64,000 bases of DNA from an uncultured Candidatus Saccharibacteria bacterium (GTDB taxonomy: Bacteria > Patescibacteriota > Minisyncoccia > Phycocordibacterales > CSBR16-119): the NCBI GenBank assembly GCA_964490365.1, contig CAZBAG010000002.1:6411-70410 (forward strand), read 5' to 3'. The notes beneath the pieces were generated by a model. That model was not told where the DNA came from, made no database searches, and saw only the letters and a list, made by a program, of their open reading frames with translations. The translations under genes were made by a program, and so were the position numbers. Shown in pieces: positions 56,395 to 64,000 of the stretch (the first letter of the stretch is position 1; each line of letters starts with the position of its first letter).

Positions 56395-56913
56395 ATGCAA
56401 TTAAGGAAAAGGAATGGATTTCGTCGAAGAAATTACTCGAAACTCGTCCAGCCCCTCGAACAAAAAGAAGTGCCTCGAGTGGTAGTATGGAAAATGTCTT
56501 GGACACCCTCAACTGAAAAGGAGCGTGTCGACACTAGGGCCCTCCATTCACTTCGTGACAGATTACTAAGGATACGAGCAAGTCACTACGAGAAAAGACT
56601 CACCTTTTTGCTCCTTCTGGCATTCTTCAAGGAATTCCCCCTCGAAGAACTCGGGGAACGAACAATGAAAGAGATCGCTTTATCGATCTCACGAGGCTCG
56701 ATGAGTCTTGATGAGTCTTTGTCCATGCTTGAAATGTACGAGATAGCAACAGAAACCCTATCAAGGGCTGAAGTACTATGCGAGAAGCTCCAGCATGTTG
56801 GATTTCCTACAACAAAGGAAGGATTACAAAAAGCAAGCAGGCTTCACCTTGCCATCAAACATTGGACGAGGAGCCTGCAACAAGAAAGAAGGATTCACAA
56901 CATTGCTGCCTAA
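56395..56913 (+). CDS. Hypothetical protein (172 aa)
   Basis: ORF with a basic N-terminus and a strong terminator downstream. No recognisable motifs. GC is slightly elevated. Confidence 0.4.
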   Translation: MQLRKRNGFRRRNYSKLVQPLEQKEVPRVVVWKMSWTPSTEKERVDTRALHSLRDRLLRIRASHYEKRLTFLLLLAFFKEFPLEELGERTMKEIALSISRGSMSLDESLSMLEMYEIATETLSRAEVLCEKLQHVGFPTTKEGLQKASRLHLAIKHWTRSLQQERRIHNIAA

Positions 56914-56931
56914 GGCAGCACAGGTGCTAAA

Positions 56932-56966
56932 ATGCCCGACCTCACAGGTCGGGCATTTTCTTTTTT
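56932..56966. terminator. Bidirectional terminator (atgcccgacc-tcacag-gtcgggcat with T tract)
   Basis: 10-bp stem between the convergent 56395..56913 (+) and cca (-) genes. Confidence 0.7.
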
Positions 56967-58443
56967 ATTTCACATTATATTCTTTGCGGATTTTTTTTAC
57001 TTCAGCATCTTCAGCATCATCTTTTGCATCCTTCCCTGCTTCACCTAATGCCTGTAATCTTTCTTTCGGTAATGCAAAAAGTTCTTTTGATTTTTCTTCT
57101 AAATATTCTTTTGTATTTTTCATTGGATCATCTAACACCTCTTCAAGAAGTGTGTGGAGCACCCATCCCATTTCCCTTCCCGGCTTATACCCCATCTCCA
57201 CAAATCTATCTCCACTAATATTTAGCATGGCTACCGACACAGGATCTCGCATCACCTCTTCAATCATCGATTCATATTTACGAAGTCTATATGGCTCTTC
57301 TTTTGGCCTACCCATACCAATACGATCACAAATTCGCAGATTAACTAAATCCCACACATTCTCCTTCCCTACTTTTGCAACAAGTCTTCGTACTGCTGAG
57401 TGTGTGATCGTATCTGGATCAGCAAAAAACATATGGTGTCTGACAAGTTTTGTTACTGTTTCAGTAAGATCATTTGAAAGTCGCAGCCTTTCACAAATCT
57501 TTTTTGTTATTTTTGCACCAACAACTTCGTGTCCATAAAACGTATAGTCGTTTTTTTCTTTTGACCATTCGCGAGTTGCCGGTTTACCGATATCATGAAG
57601 TAATCCAGAAAGACGAATATGAAGTGGCCATTCTTTATCTGCTGCGTGTTGCATGGTGCGAAGATTGTGTTCCCAGACATCGTAGACATGGCTTCCATTT
57701 TGTTCTACACCAATTCCTATTTCAAGTTCTGGAATAATATATTTTAAAATCCCAAGCTTTTCAGAAAGAATAATTCCTGTCATTGGTTCTGAAGACATAA
57801 GCATTTTTAAAAACTCATCACGAATACGCTCAGCAGAAATATTTCCAAGTAAATCGGCATGGTCCACAATCGCGACCATCGTTTCATGAGAAATCGCAAA
57901 ACCATGTTGTGAAGCAAAACGCACTGCTCGCAAAATACGCAAAGCATCTTCTTTAATGCGCTCGGTTGGATTCCCTACCGCAATAATCATCTTGTCGTAA
58001 ATTGCCTGAACACCGTCATACAAATCGATCATCTCTTGCTTCGAGACAGAGTATGCAATGGCGTTCATAGTAAAATCTCTTCTTTTTAAATCATCTTCTA
58101 GGCGCTGACTAAAAGAAACGCTGTCTGGATGCCTGTTGTTTGAATAACTACCTTCAACTCGATATGGGGTCACTTCTACAACTTTAAGTTTTTCATCTTC
58201 AGCGTTTTCGTTTTTAACTCCAACCGTTCCAAAACTGTTTTCATAAAAAGATTCTGGAAAAAGTGATTGAATTTGTTCGGGAGTAGCATTTGTGGTTACA
58301 TCCCAATCTTGGGGAGTCTTCCCTGTTAAAAGATCTCGGACACACCCTCCGACAATAAAAGCTTCAAAGTTATGACTTTCTAGCTTTTCTGTGATTATTT
58401 TTATTTCTTTGGGAACATCAAAGATTTGCTTCATGATACACAT
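56965..58443 (-). CDS. cca: CCA-adding tRNA nucleotidyltransferase with HD domain
   Basis: GGCVRDLLTGKTPQDWDVTT polymerase-beta-type head motif, plus a C-terminal HD phosphohydrolase region (HDIGK). Confidence 0.85.
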   Translation of the reverse strand: MCIMKQIFDVPKEIKIITEKLESHNFEAFIVGGCVRDLLTGKTPQDWDVTTNATPEQIQSLFPESFYENSFGTVGVKNENAEDEKLKVVEVTPYRVEGSYSNNRHPDSVSFSQRLEDDLKRRDFTMNAIAYSVSKQEMIDLYDGVQAIYDKMIIAVGNPTERIKEDALRILRAVRFASQHGFAISHETMVAIVDHADLLGNISAERIRDEFLKMLMSSEPMTGIILSEKLGILKYIIPELEIGIGVEQNGSHVYDVWEHNLRTMQHAADKEWPLHIRLSGLLHDIGKPATREWSKEKNDYTFYGHEVVGAKITKKICERLRLSNDLTETVTKLVRHHMFFADPDTITHSAVRRLVAKVGKENVWDLVNLRICDRIGMGRPKEEPYRLRKYESMIEEVMRDPVSVAMLNISGDRFVEMGYKPGREMGWVLHTLLEEVLDDPMKNTKEYLEEKSKELFALPKERLQALGEAGKDAKDDAEDAEVKKIRKEYNVK

Positions 58444-58470
58444 TTTATAGCAATTCCCTCCTTTGTGCTA

Positions 58471-58498
58471 TTTGTAAAATGGTAAAATCGTGTATAAT
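58471..58498 (+). promoter_or_regulatory. Promoter for the tRNA-Arg/tRNA-Gly unit (-35 TTGTAA, 16 bp, extended -10 TGTATAAT)
   Basis: ttgtaaaatggtaaaatcgtgtataat lies about 12 nt upstream of the tRNA 5' end. Confidence 0.55.
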
Positions 58499-58509
58499 GA
58501 CACAATCCT

Positions 58510-58581
58510 GCACCCGTGGTGAAATGGATATCACAACGGTCTTCGGAACCGTTATTCCAGGTTCGAGTCCTGGCGGGTGCA
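58510..58581 (+). tRNA. tRNA-Arg (TCG)
   Basis: GCACCCG/CGGGTGC acceptor. D arm GTGA-AATGGATA-TCAC. Anticodon stem ACGGT/ACCGT with loop CTTCGGA. T arm CCAGG-TTCGAGT-CCTGG. Confidence 0.8.
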
Positions 58582-58708
58582 CAAAAAACAATAGTTTGAT
58601 ATCATTGTTTTCGATGATCACTTTGCGGCTATAAAAGCGTAAACCTTGTATAGCCGCTACATTCGAAGAAAATAAGAATATATGGTATTCTTATTTCACT
58701 TCTCACTT

Positions 58709-58779
58709 GCGGCTATGGTTTAGTGGTAAAATACGTCCTTGCCAAGGATGAGTCGGGAGTTCGATTCTCCCTAGCCGCA
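58709..58779 (+). tRNA. tRNA-Gly (GCC)
   Basis: GCGGCTA/TAGCCGC acceptor. Anticodon stem CGTCC/GGATG with loop TTGCCAA. T arm GGGAG-TTCGATT-CTCCC. Confidence 0.8.
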
Positions 58780-59064
58780 CACAAATATAAAAGCCTAGAT
58801 ATTCAAATATCTAGGCTTTTATATTTGTCTTTTATTATTCATGTCCTTTATAAGGGACATCTTATCAAACTTATTGTATATGTCCTTAAATTATACTAAG
58901 TGGTAAGTTGTTGATAAATAAGGTTTTATTTACAAAGATATGTGGATAACCATGTTAGTATTGTTGGTAACTAGCCTATTTTGTCCCTTTTATACTAAAA
59001 ATTATTATGAGTTTTTCTAAAAAACGTTGATAAATAAGGGTTATATACTAACATTGATTATATA

Positions 59065-59140
59065 TGTTTCACGTGAAACATATATAATGTTTCATCTGAA
59101 ACACTTTGATATATACTGAACTCAGGTTTCACCTGAAACA
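59065..59140. promoter_or_regulatory. Array of three 14-16-bp palindromes (TGTTTCA-NN-TGAAACA) overlapping a TATAAT box; candidate operator sites
   Basis: tgtttcacgtgaaaca (59065-59080), tgtttcatctgaaaca (59088-59103) and ggtttcacctgaaaca (59125-59140). tataat at 59083-59088 sits between sites 1 and 2, about 140 nt upstream of the 59227 gene. Confidence 0.45.
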
Positions 59141-59226
59141 ATCGCGTCCCGTTAGTGATTAAGGTTATTAGAAAGCTGTTTTTGGTAAATCATAAAATTA
59201 TGAAGTTTTAAATAATCACTATTGGG

Positions 59227-59649
59227 ATGAAAAAATTTACATCAAAAACACAGAAAATAGGGGAAATTGGTGAAAACCTAGCCTGTAGAAAGTTTGTAAG
59301 GCTTGGATTTGAGATATTGTGCAGAAACTACACCAAACAAGGTGGGGAAATAGATATTGTAGCTCAAAAAGAGGGCATTCTTCATTTTATTGAAGTTAAA
59401 AGTGTTTCATGTGAAATATCAACGATATATAAAGGAGGAAATGTTACATATGAAACAAAAAATACTTATAGACCTGAGGAAAACCTTAGTTTTCAGAAAT
59501 TTTTAAAAATAACAAGAACTATAGAGGTTTACTTCTTGGAGAACAATGTTTCAAATGAAACACCTTGGCAAATAGATTTAGCCTGCGCCCATATTGACCC
59601 TCAGAGAAAGATAGGGAAGGTCGAGATCCTAGAAAATATCATTTTATAA
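59227..59649 (+). CDS. YraN-like (UPF0102) predicted endonuclease
   Basis: GEIGENLACRKFVRLGFEILCRNY...GGEIDIVA...LHFIEVKS matches the UPF0102/YraN restriction-endonuclease-like fold pattern. Confidence 0.65.
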   Translation: MKKFTSKTQKIGEIGENLACRKFVRLGFEILCRNYTKQGGEIDIVAQKEGILHFIEVKSVSCEISTIYKGGNVTYETKNTYRPEENLSFQKFLKITRTIEVYFLENNVSNETPWQIDLACAHIDPQRKIGKVEILENIIL

Positions 59650-59844
59650 ACAAAAACTTATTGACGAATCAATTATTTGGGATTATAGTATTCTCCTGCA
59701 ACGTTCATTCATTTAAAAACCACAGGACAATGGGAAAGGAGGATCTGGAAACGGTAGCTGCAGAGATAGGTATACCTATCGTAGTAGCCAACGACAGGGG
59801 TGTGGTTAAAAAAGAATAGGCGCATAAAGCGCATATAAAGAGGT

Positions 59845-60279
59845 GTGTCAAAGGACGCACCTCTTTATCTACCTACAACACTTTTGACAAAATCATTCTT
59901 TTGTTTAAACTGCAATCAAACGTTCCACATGAAACATGGATTGATAATCATTGGTTTTTTTAAAGAAGACATTTCTTTGGATGCTCCATATGAGACCCTA
60001 CTTGAGGATATAGACCTTAATATGGCCATGGTAAACATAAGCACAATCATCCTCATGAATAGCAACCGACCTCCTGTGGTGGATATCCATGAAATGATAG
60101 TTCAAGAAGCACAAAAAGTAGAACCTATCGTCATCACCCAGAACCATTTAGACATTCCATTTGTTCCAAAGCCAGCTCCTAAAGTTTGGCCAAAGGATCG
60201 CCTGCTCAAGCAACGAAAAAACAAGGTTGTTGGGGGAAATCGATATGGAAAAAAGATATATCGCAAGAGGCCGTTCTGA
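59845..60279 (+). CDS. Hypothetical protein (probable true start MKHGL at 59929)
   Basis: The ORF track start lies inside a hairpin (aagaggtgtg...cgcacctctt). TTGACA and TAAACT promoter-like boxes at about 59883-59912 precede the internal ATG at 59929. The basic C-terminus has no known motifs. Confidence 0.35.
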   Translation: MSKDAPLYLPTTLLTKSFFCLNCNQTFHMKHGLIIIGFFKEDISLDAPYETLLEDIDLNMAMVNISTIILMNSNRPPVVDIHEMIVQEAQKVEPIVITQNHLDIPFVPKPAPKVWPKDRLLKQRKNKVVGGNRYGKKIYRKRPF

Positions 60280-60335
60280 CGGCCTCTTTTATTGTATTAA
60301 ATAGAAAGTATGCTAATATATCTTTTGTTACTACA

Positions 60336-60408
60336 CGGGGTGTGGTGTAACGGCTAACATTCTCGTTTTGGGTACGAGCGACTCCGGGTTCGAATCCCGG
60401 CACCCCGA
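60336..60408 (+). tRNA. tRNA-Pro (TGG)
   Basis: CGGGGTG/CACCCCG acceptor. Anticodon stem CTCGT/ACGAG with loop TTTGGGT. T arm CCGGG-TTCGAAT-CCCGG. Confidence 0.8.
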
Positions 60409-60463
60409 CCAATAGGGAATTGAGAATATGTTAGATATTTGATATCCTTGTTTTATAACAATT

Positions 60464-60534
60464 GCGGGATTAGTTTATCGGTAAAACAACAGTTTTCCAA
60501 ACTGTGGTGAGGAGTTCGACTCTCCTATCCCGCA
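60464..60534 (+). tRNA. tRNA-Gly (TCC)
   Basis: GCGGGAT/ATCCCGC acceptor. D stem GTTT/AAAC. Anticodon stem ACAGT/ACTGT with loop TTTCCAA. T arm AGGAG-TTCGACT-CTCCT. Confidence 0.8.
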
Positions 60535-60546
60535 CACATAGCAAAG

Positions 60547-60572
60547 AAAACCTGGTTTAAACCAGGTTTTCT
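60547..60572 (+). terminator. Terminator after the tRNA pair (aaacctggttt-aaaccaggttt with T tract)
   Basis: Perfect 10-bp palindromic stem followed by tttctttg. Confidence 0.6.
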
Positions 60573-60686
60573 TTGTTTAAGATAATCTTTTCGAAAAGAC
60601 TATGATTATTAGCGACGTAGGGCGAGAGAAATGAAAACATTTTCATTTCCGAGCCGAGGAGCTAATATGAGAGATTATATCTGCTC

Positions 60687-60959
60687 TTATTTAACTGCAT
60701 CTTTAAGAGCTTTTGCGGCTCGGAATTTTGGTACTTTTTGTGCAGCAACTTTTACTGTTTCTCCTGTTCTTGGGTTTCGTGCTGTTCTAGCAGCTCGCAA
60801 CTTTGCTGAGAAAATACCGAATCCTGAGATTGACACTTCATCTCCTTTCTTAAGAGATTTTGTAATAGTGTCAAAAATACCATCTACAACTTGTTCTGCT
60901 TGAGTTTTTGTTCCTCCAAGCATTTCGTGTACTGCTTCAACAAGTGATGCTTTATTCAT
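60687..60959 (-). CDS. hup: HU/IHF-family DNA-binding protein
   Basis: 90 aa. MNKASLVEAVHE...GFGIFSAKLRAARTARNPRTGETVKV shows the HU arm and the signature RNPxTGE motif. Confidence 0.85.
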   Translation of the reverse strand: MNKASLVEAVHEMLGGTKTQAEQVVDGIFDTITKSLKKGDEVSISGFGIFSAKLRAARTARNPRTGETVKVAAQKVPKFRAAKALKDAVK

Positions 60960-61086
60960 ACGTTAATATAATCTAAAAATAATAATAAACTATCTTACCG
61001 CACAACGCGGTGACAAAAGCCTAGGTATATTATATAGCAAGCAAAAAACCTTGCAATAGCAACACAATTAAGTGTTGGGGAAGTAG

Positions 61087-61110
61087 AAAACCCTCATTTC
61101 TGAGGGTCTT
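61087..61110 (-). terminator. rny terminator (ccctca-tttc-tgaggg, T tract in minus sense)
   Basis: Hairpin 7 nt downstream of the rny stop on the minus strand, flanked by an A tract in plus sense. Confidence 0.5.
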
Positions 61111-61116
61111 CCAATT

Positions 61117-62643
61117 TTAACGTGCGTAATTGATGATTCTTTGTTCTCGTATAACCACAACTTTTATTTCTCCTGGATATTTTAGTTCACTTTCTATCTT
61201 TACTGCAATATCTCGAGAAAGGTCTTTTGCCGCAATATCTGTTATATTTTCAGGGTTTACGAAGACTCTCACTTCTCGTCCCGCCGCTATGGCATAGGCT
61301 TTTTCAACGCCATTGAATCCTGTAACCAAAGACTCTAGTTCTGTAAGACGTTTTATGTAGTTTTCAGCAGAATCACTTCGGGCACCTGGTCGTCCACCAG
61401 AGATAGCGTCAGCGGTTTGAACAATGTGCGCTTCTATTGTTTCATACGGGAATTCATCGTGGTGAGATTTCATTGCATCAATAATCTTTTGATCAGTTCC
61501 AAACTTCTGAAGAATTCTCATTCCAATTTCAACGTGCGTACCTTGTACTTCATGCGTAAGTGCTTTTCCAATATCATGAACAAGTGCTCCAGCTTTCGCC
61601 ACAGCAACATCCGCTCCTAGTTCTTCTGCGAGAATTCCTGCAACATGAGCCATTTCTACAGAGTGAGCTAATACATTTTGGCCGTAACTTGTTCTAAAAT
61701 GTAGACGACCAACAATCGCAACAACACGTGGATCGAGATTAAATATTCCGCACTCGTACACCGCTTCTTCTCCTTTTTGTTTAATAATCTTATTAATATC
61801 TTCTTGGGCCTTTTGGATCATCTCTTCAATTTTTGCAGGCTGTATTCTTCCGTCGATAATGAGGTTTTCGAGAGCAACACGAGCAACTTGTCGACGCACT
61901 GGATCAAATGACGAAACAATGATTGACCCAGGAGTATCGTCAACAATAAGCTCGACACCAGATGCTCGTTCAAAAGCCCTTATATTTCTACCTTCTTTCC
62001 CGATAATCTTTCCTTTAATATCTTCGGATGGAATATTTACTGTCGTTGCCATCATTTCTGAAACACTGTCATTGGCAATACGTTGAATTGATGTCGCAAG
62101 AATATCTTTTGCTCTTCGCTCAAGCTTTTCAGTTGCAGTATTTTCAAGTTTTTGCATCCGTACCAGAAAATCTTCTTCATATTTTTCTTCGATTTGTGCA
62201 ACGAGTCTTTCTTTTGCTTCATCTTCAGAAAGTCTTGATATTTCTTCAAGTTTTTTCTGTTCTTCTTCTTTTTTTCTTTCTACGTCTTCTTTTATCTTTT
62301 GAACTTCTTCAATTTTCTGTTTTACTTTTTCTACTTCTTTTGAAAGTTCTTCTTCTTTTTTAAGTAGGGAATCATCTTTTTTATTTAAACGCTCTTCATT
62401 TTTTCGAATCTCTTCATTTTTCTTCTTTTCCTCTTCTTCAGTTTCTTTAAGGCGCTCTTCTGCTTTTTCTTGTGCCTCGGTGATTATTTTTTGAGCTTCT
62501 TCTTTGGCTTCAATCATCTTTTGCTTTATTTCAAGCTCTACACCCCCTTTTTTACCCAAAGAAATCGCAATTCTCAAAAAATAACCAGCAACACCTCCGA
62601 CCACAAGAGAAGTGATGAAAATTACTATACTAACTGTACTCAT
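61117..62643 (-). CDS. rny: Ribonuclease Y
   Basis: N-terminal TM, long coiled coil, KH domain (GKIIGKEGRNIRAFERASGVELIVDD) and HD domain (HSVEMAHVAGILAEE...VHDIGK). Confidence 0.88.
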   Translation of the reverse strand: MSTVSIVIFITSLVVGGVAGYFLRIAISLGKKGGVELEIKQKMIEAKEEAQKIITEAQEKAEERLKETEEEEKKKNEEIRKNEERLNKKDDSLLKKEEELSKEVEKVKQKIEEVQKIKEDVERKKEEEQKKLEEISRLSEDEAKERLVAQIEEKYEEDFLVRMQKLENTATEKLERRAKDILATSIQRIANDSVSEMMATTVNIPSEDIKGKIIGKEGRNIRAFERASGVELIVDDTPGSIIVSSFDPVRRQVARVALENLIIDGRIQPAKIEEMIQKAQEDINKIIKQKGEEAVYECGIFNLDPRVVAIVGRLHFRTSYGQNVLAHSVEMAHVAGILAEELGADVAVAKAGALVHDIGKALTHEVQGTHVEIGMRILQKFGTDQKIIDAMKSHHDEFPYETIEAHIVQTADAISGGRPGARSDSAENYIKRLTELESLVTGFNGVEKAYAIAAGREVRVFVNPENITDIAAKDLSRDIAVKIESELKYPGEIKVVVIREQRIINYAR

Positions 62644-62873
62644 AAGCGATTGTGTCGCTCTAAAAAATTACCTAGAAAAGGCTTTGATGTTTATGAAATA
62701 GGCTTACGTCTTGAGAAATTTTATAAAACATACGGAAATTCTGGTTTTTCTGGAATAAATCTTAGATTGACTTTGTTTAATTATTAATCGGTACCCTCAA
62801 TATACCAGAGGAAAAAGTTTGTGTCTAACTATATAAAAGAAAAGGACATGGGTTCACCATATCCTTATTCCTT

Positions 62874-63335
62874 TTAATTTTCCTTATTAAAACGTATTAC
62901 TACGTGTCGATCCTTAGCAAAACCAGCTGATTCGGAAGACAAGTCACTATGTTTAGAAACATATTCATGAACAATCCTTCTTTCAAATGAATTCATGGGT
63001 GGAAGCTCGATACTACTTTTGAAAAACCTTGCTCGTTCAGACATCATATGCGCAATCGTTTTAATTTTATCTATTTTTGCTTTTTGATAGTTATTGATAT
63101 CAATCAATATTTGGGGTGCACCTTCCTTATATTTTTTATCAAGGAATCTTTTTACAAGATAATTAATACTTTGGATAGTTTCACCGTCTTTTCCGATCAA
63201 AAATCTTGAGTCGTTACTCTCAATACTAAAGATAAACGACCCAGAATCCATATCGAGATCACTTGAAACAGCACTAACATCAAAACCAGTCTTTGTGAGA
63301 AATTCTTGTATGATGTTTTTGATATCTGTTTCCAT
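62874..63335 (-). CDS. jag: Jag/KhpB-family RNA-binding protein (KH plus R3H)
   Basis: C-terminal R3H motif (ELPPMNSFERRIVHEYVSKHSDLSSES). It sits adjacent to yidC, as in the canonical rnpA-yidC-jag locus. Confidence 0.75.
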   Translation of the reverse strand: METDIKNIIQEFLTKTGFDVSAVSSDLDMDSGSFIFSIESNDSRFLIGKDGETIQSINYLVKRFLDKKYKEGAPQILIDINNYQKAKIDKIKTIAHMMSERARFFKSSIELPPMNSFERRIVHEYVSKHSDLSSESAGFAKDRHVVIRFNKEN

Positions 63336-63346
63336 AAAGCTTTCTG

Positions 63347-64000
63347 TTATTTAGTAATAACCTCGGCTTCTATAATGTTTTGTCGTTTTTCCATCTTTTT
63401 ATTAATAACAACCTCTTGGATGGTGGTGAAAATATTGTTCACAGACCAGTAGAGCGCAATTGCTCCTGATATTTGGTATGAAATAAAACCAACAAAGACT
63501 GGCATAATAAATCTCATTTGTTTACTCATCATGTTTGAGATATTTGCCTGCATTGAGCCATCATTTTTAGTTTGAGGGTTTCGTTTTACCGCTAAATCAA
63601 TTTGGAAAAACTGCGTGATTCCAGCTAAAACAGCCAAGAAAAGATTTCGCACTGAAAGATCAAATACTCCAAGGAAGTTTATATTTACTGATTCTGGAGA
63701 TGAAATGAATGAATAGAGGTGTTCTCCTGAAGAAAAATCAAATCCGTTAAGAAATACTTTGTAGAGTGCAAAAATAATAGGAAGTTGTATCAAAATTGGC
63801 AAACAACCTGAGAGCGGGTTTATTTTTTCTTGTTTATAAAGTTCAAAGGTTTTTGCCGCTTGTTCTTGTTTGTCAGTATATTTTTCTTTGATTTCGTTTA
63901 TTTTTGGCTCGAGTTGTTTGAGTTTTATTTGACTCACAATAGCCTTTCGGTGAAGGGGAAGGAGGATGAGTTTAATGATAATAGTAAGTAAAATAACAGC
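63347..64000 (-). CDS. yidC: Membrane protein insertase YidC/Oxa1, 5'-truncated at window end (the coding frame continues upstream of the track's GTG start)
   Basis: KLKQLEPKINEIKEKYTDKQEQAAKTFELYKQEKINPLSGCLPILIQLPIIFALY is the conserved YidC core. The frame remains open through 64000 (..LLTIIIKLILLPLHRKAIVSQIKLKQ..). Confidence 0.8.
   Translation of the reverse strand, partial: AVILLTIIIKLILLPLHRKAIVSQIKLKQLEPKINEIKEKYTDKQEQAAKTFELYKQEKINPLSGCLPILIQLPIIFALYKVFLNGFDFSSGEHLYSFISSPESVNINFLGVFDLSVRNLFLAVLAGITQFFQIDLAVKRNPQTKNDGSMQANISNMMSKQMRFIMPVFVGFISYQISGAIALYWSVNNIFTTIQEVVINKKMEKRQNIIEAEVITK

Overview
The window is about 38-40% GC with compact gene packing and a minimal housekeeping set, mostly on the minus strand. 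The recognised housekeeping genes are pgk-tpiA, nusA, ppa, tig, clpP, rsmA, uvrD, comM/yifB, a DksA/TraR-family gene, pnp, rpsO, xer, xth, dgkA, cca, hup, rny, jag and yidC, together with six tRNAs. This content plus many signal-peptide or membrane-anchored hypothetical proteins suggests a reduced-genome bacterium such as CPR/Patescibacteria. That is inference only; no rRNA is present and standard stop codons are in use. Four larger blocks stand out. (1) At 1-4 kb there is a higher-GC block encoding secreted proteins with T9SS-type C-terminal sorting domains. (2) At about 18.7-33.6 kb there is a minus-strand cluster resembling a minimal Gram-positive/CPR-type type IV secretion or pilus system: a PrgI/VirB3-like gene, a VirB4 ATPase, a VirB6-like polytopic protein, a pilin-like double-TM protein, a peptidoglycan-binding/TolB-like protein and several large secreted proteins. 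(3) At 36.5-42.3 kb there is a 1934-aa giant membrane protein. (4) At 49-57 kb and 17.1-18.1 kb there are accessory insertions splitting the conserved rpsO-pnp and tig-clpP neighbourhoods. These insertions carry two NYN-domain nuclease genes (one fused to a cold-shock domain), a 4-TM membrane protein and a ~57% GC secreted-protein islet. The most notable sequence-level signal is a ~190-bp element present twice in inverted orientation, at 17091-17288 and 50556-50750. Its ends are conserved, its core differs, and it shows compensatory base changes in a predicted closing stem and an internal hairpin. This is consistent with an undescribed structured RNA leader or insertion-associated element. Also notable is a 12-nt motif (CCCGTTAGAGAY) that abuts the start codons of rsmA and pnp and has a perfectly complementary distal partner in each case. 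A triple palindrome array overlaps a promoter upstream of a yraN-like gene. No CRISPR array, rRNA or transposase was found.
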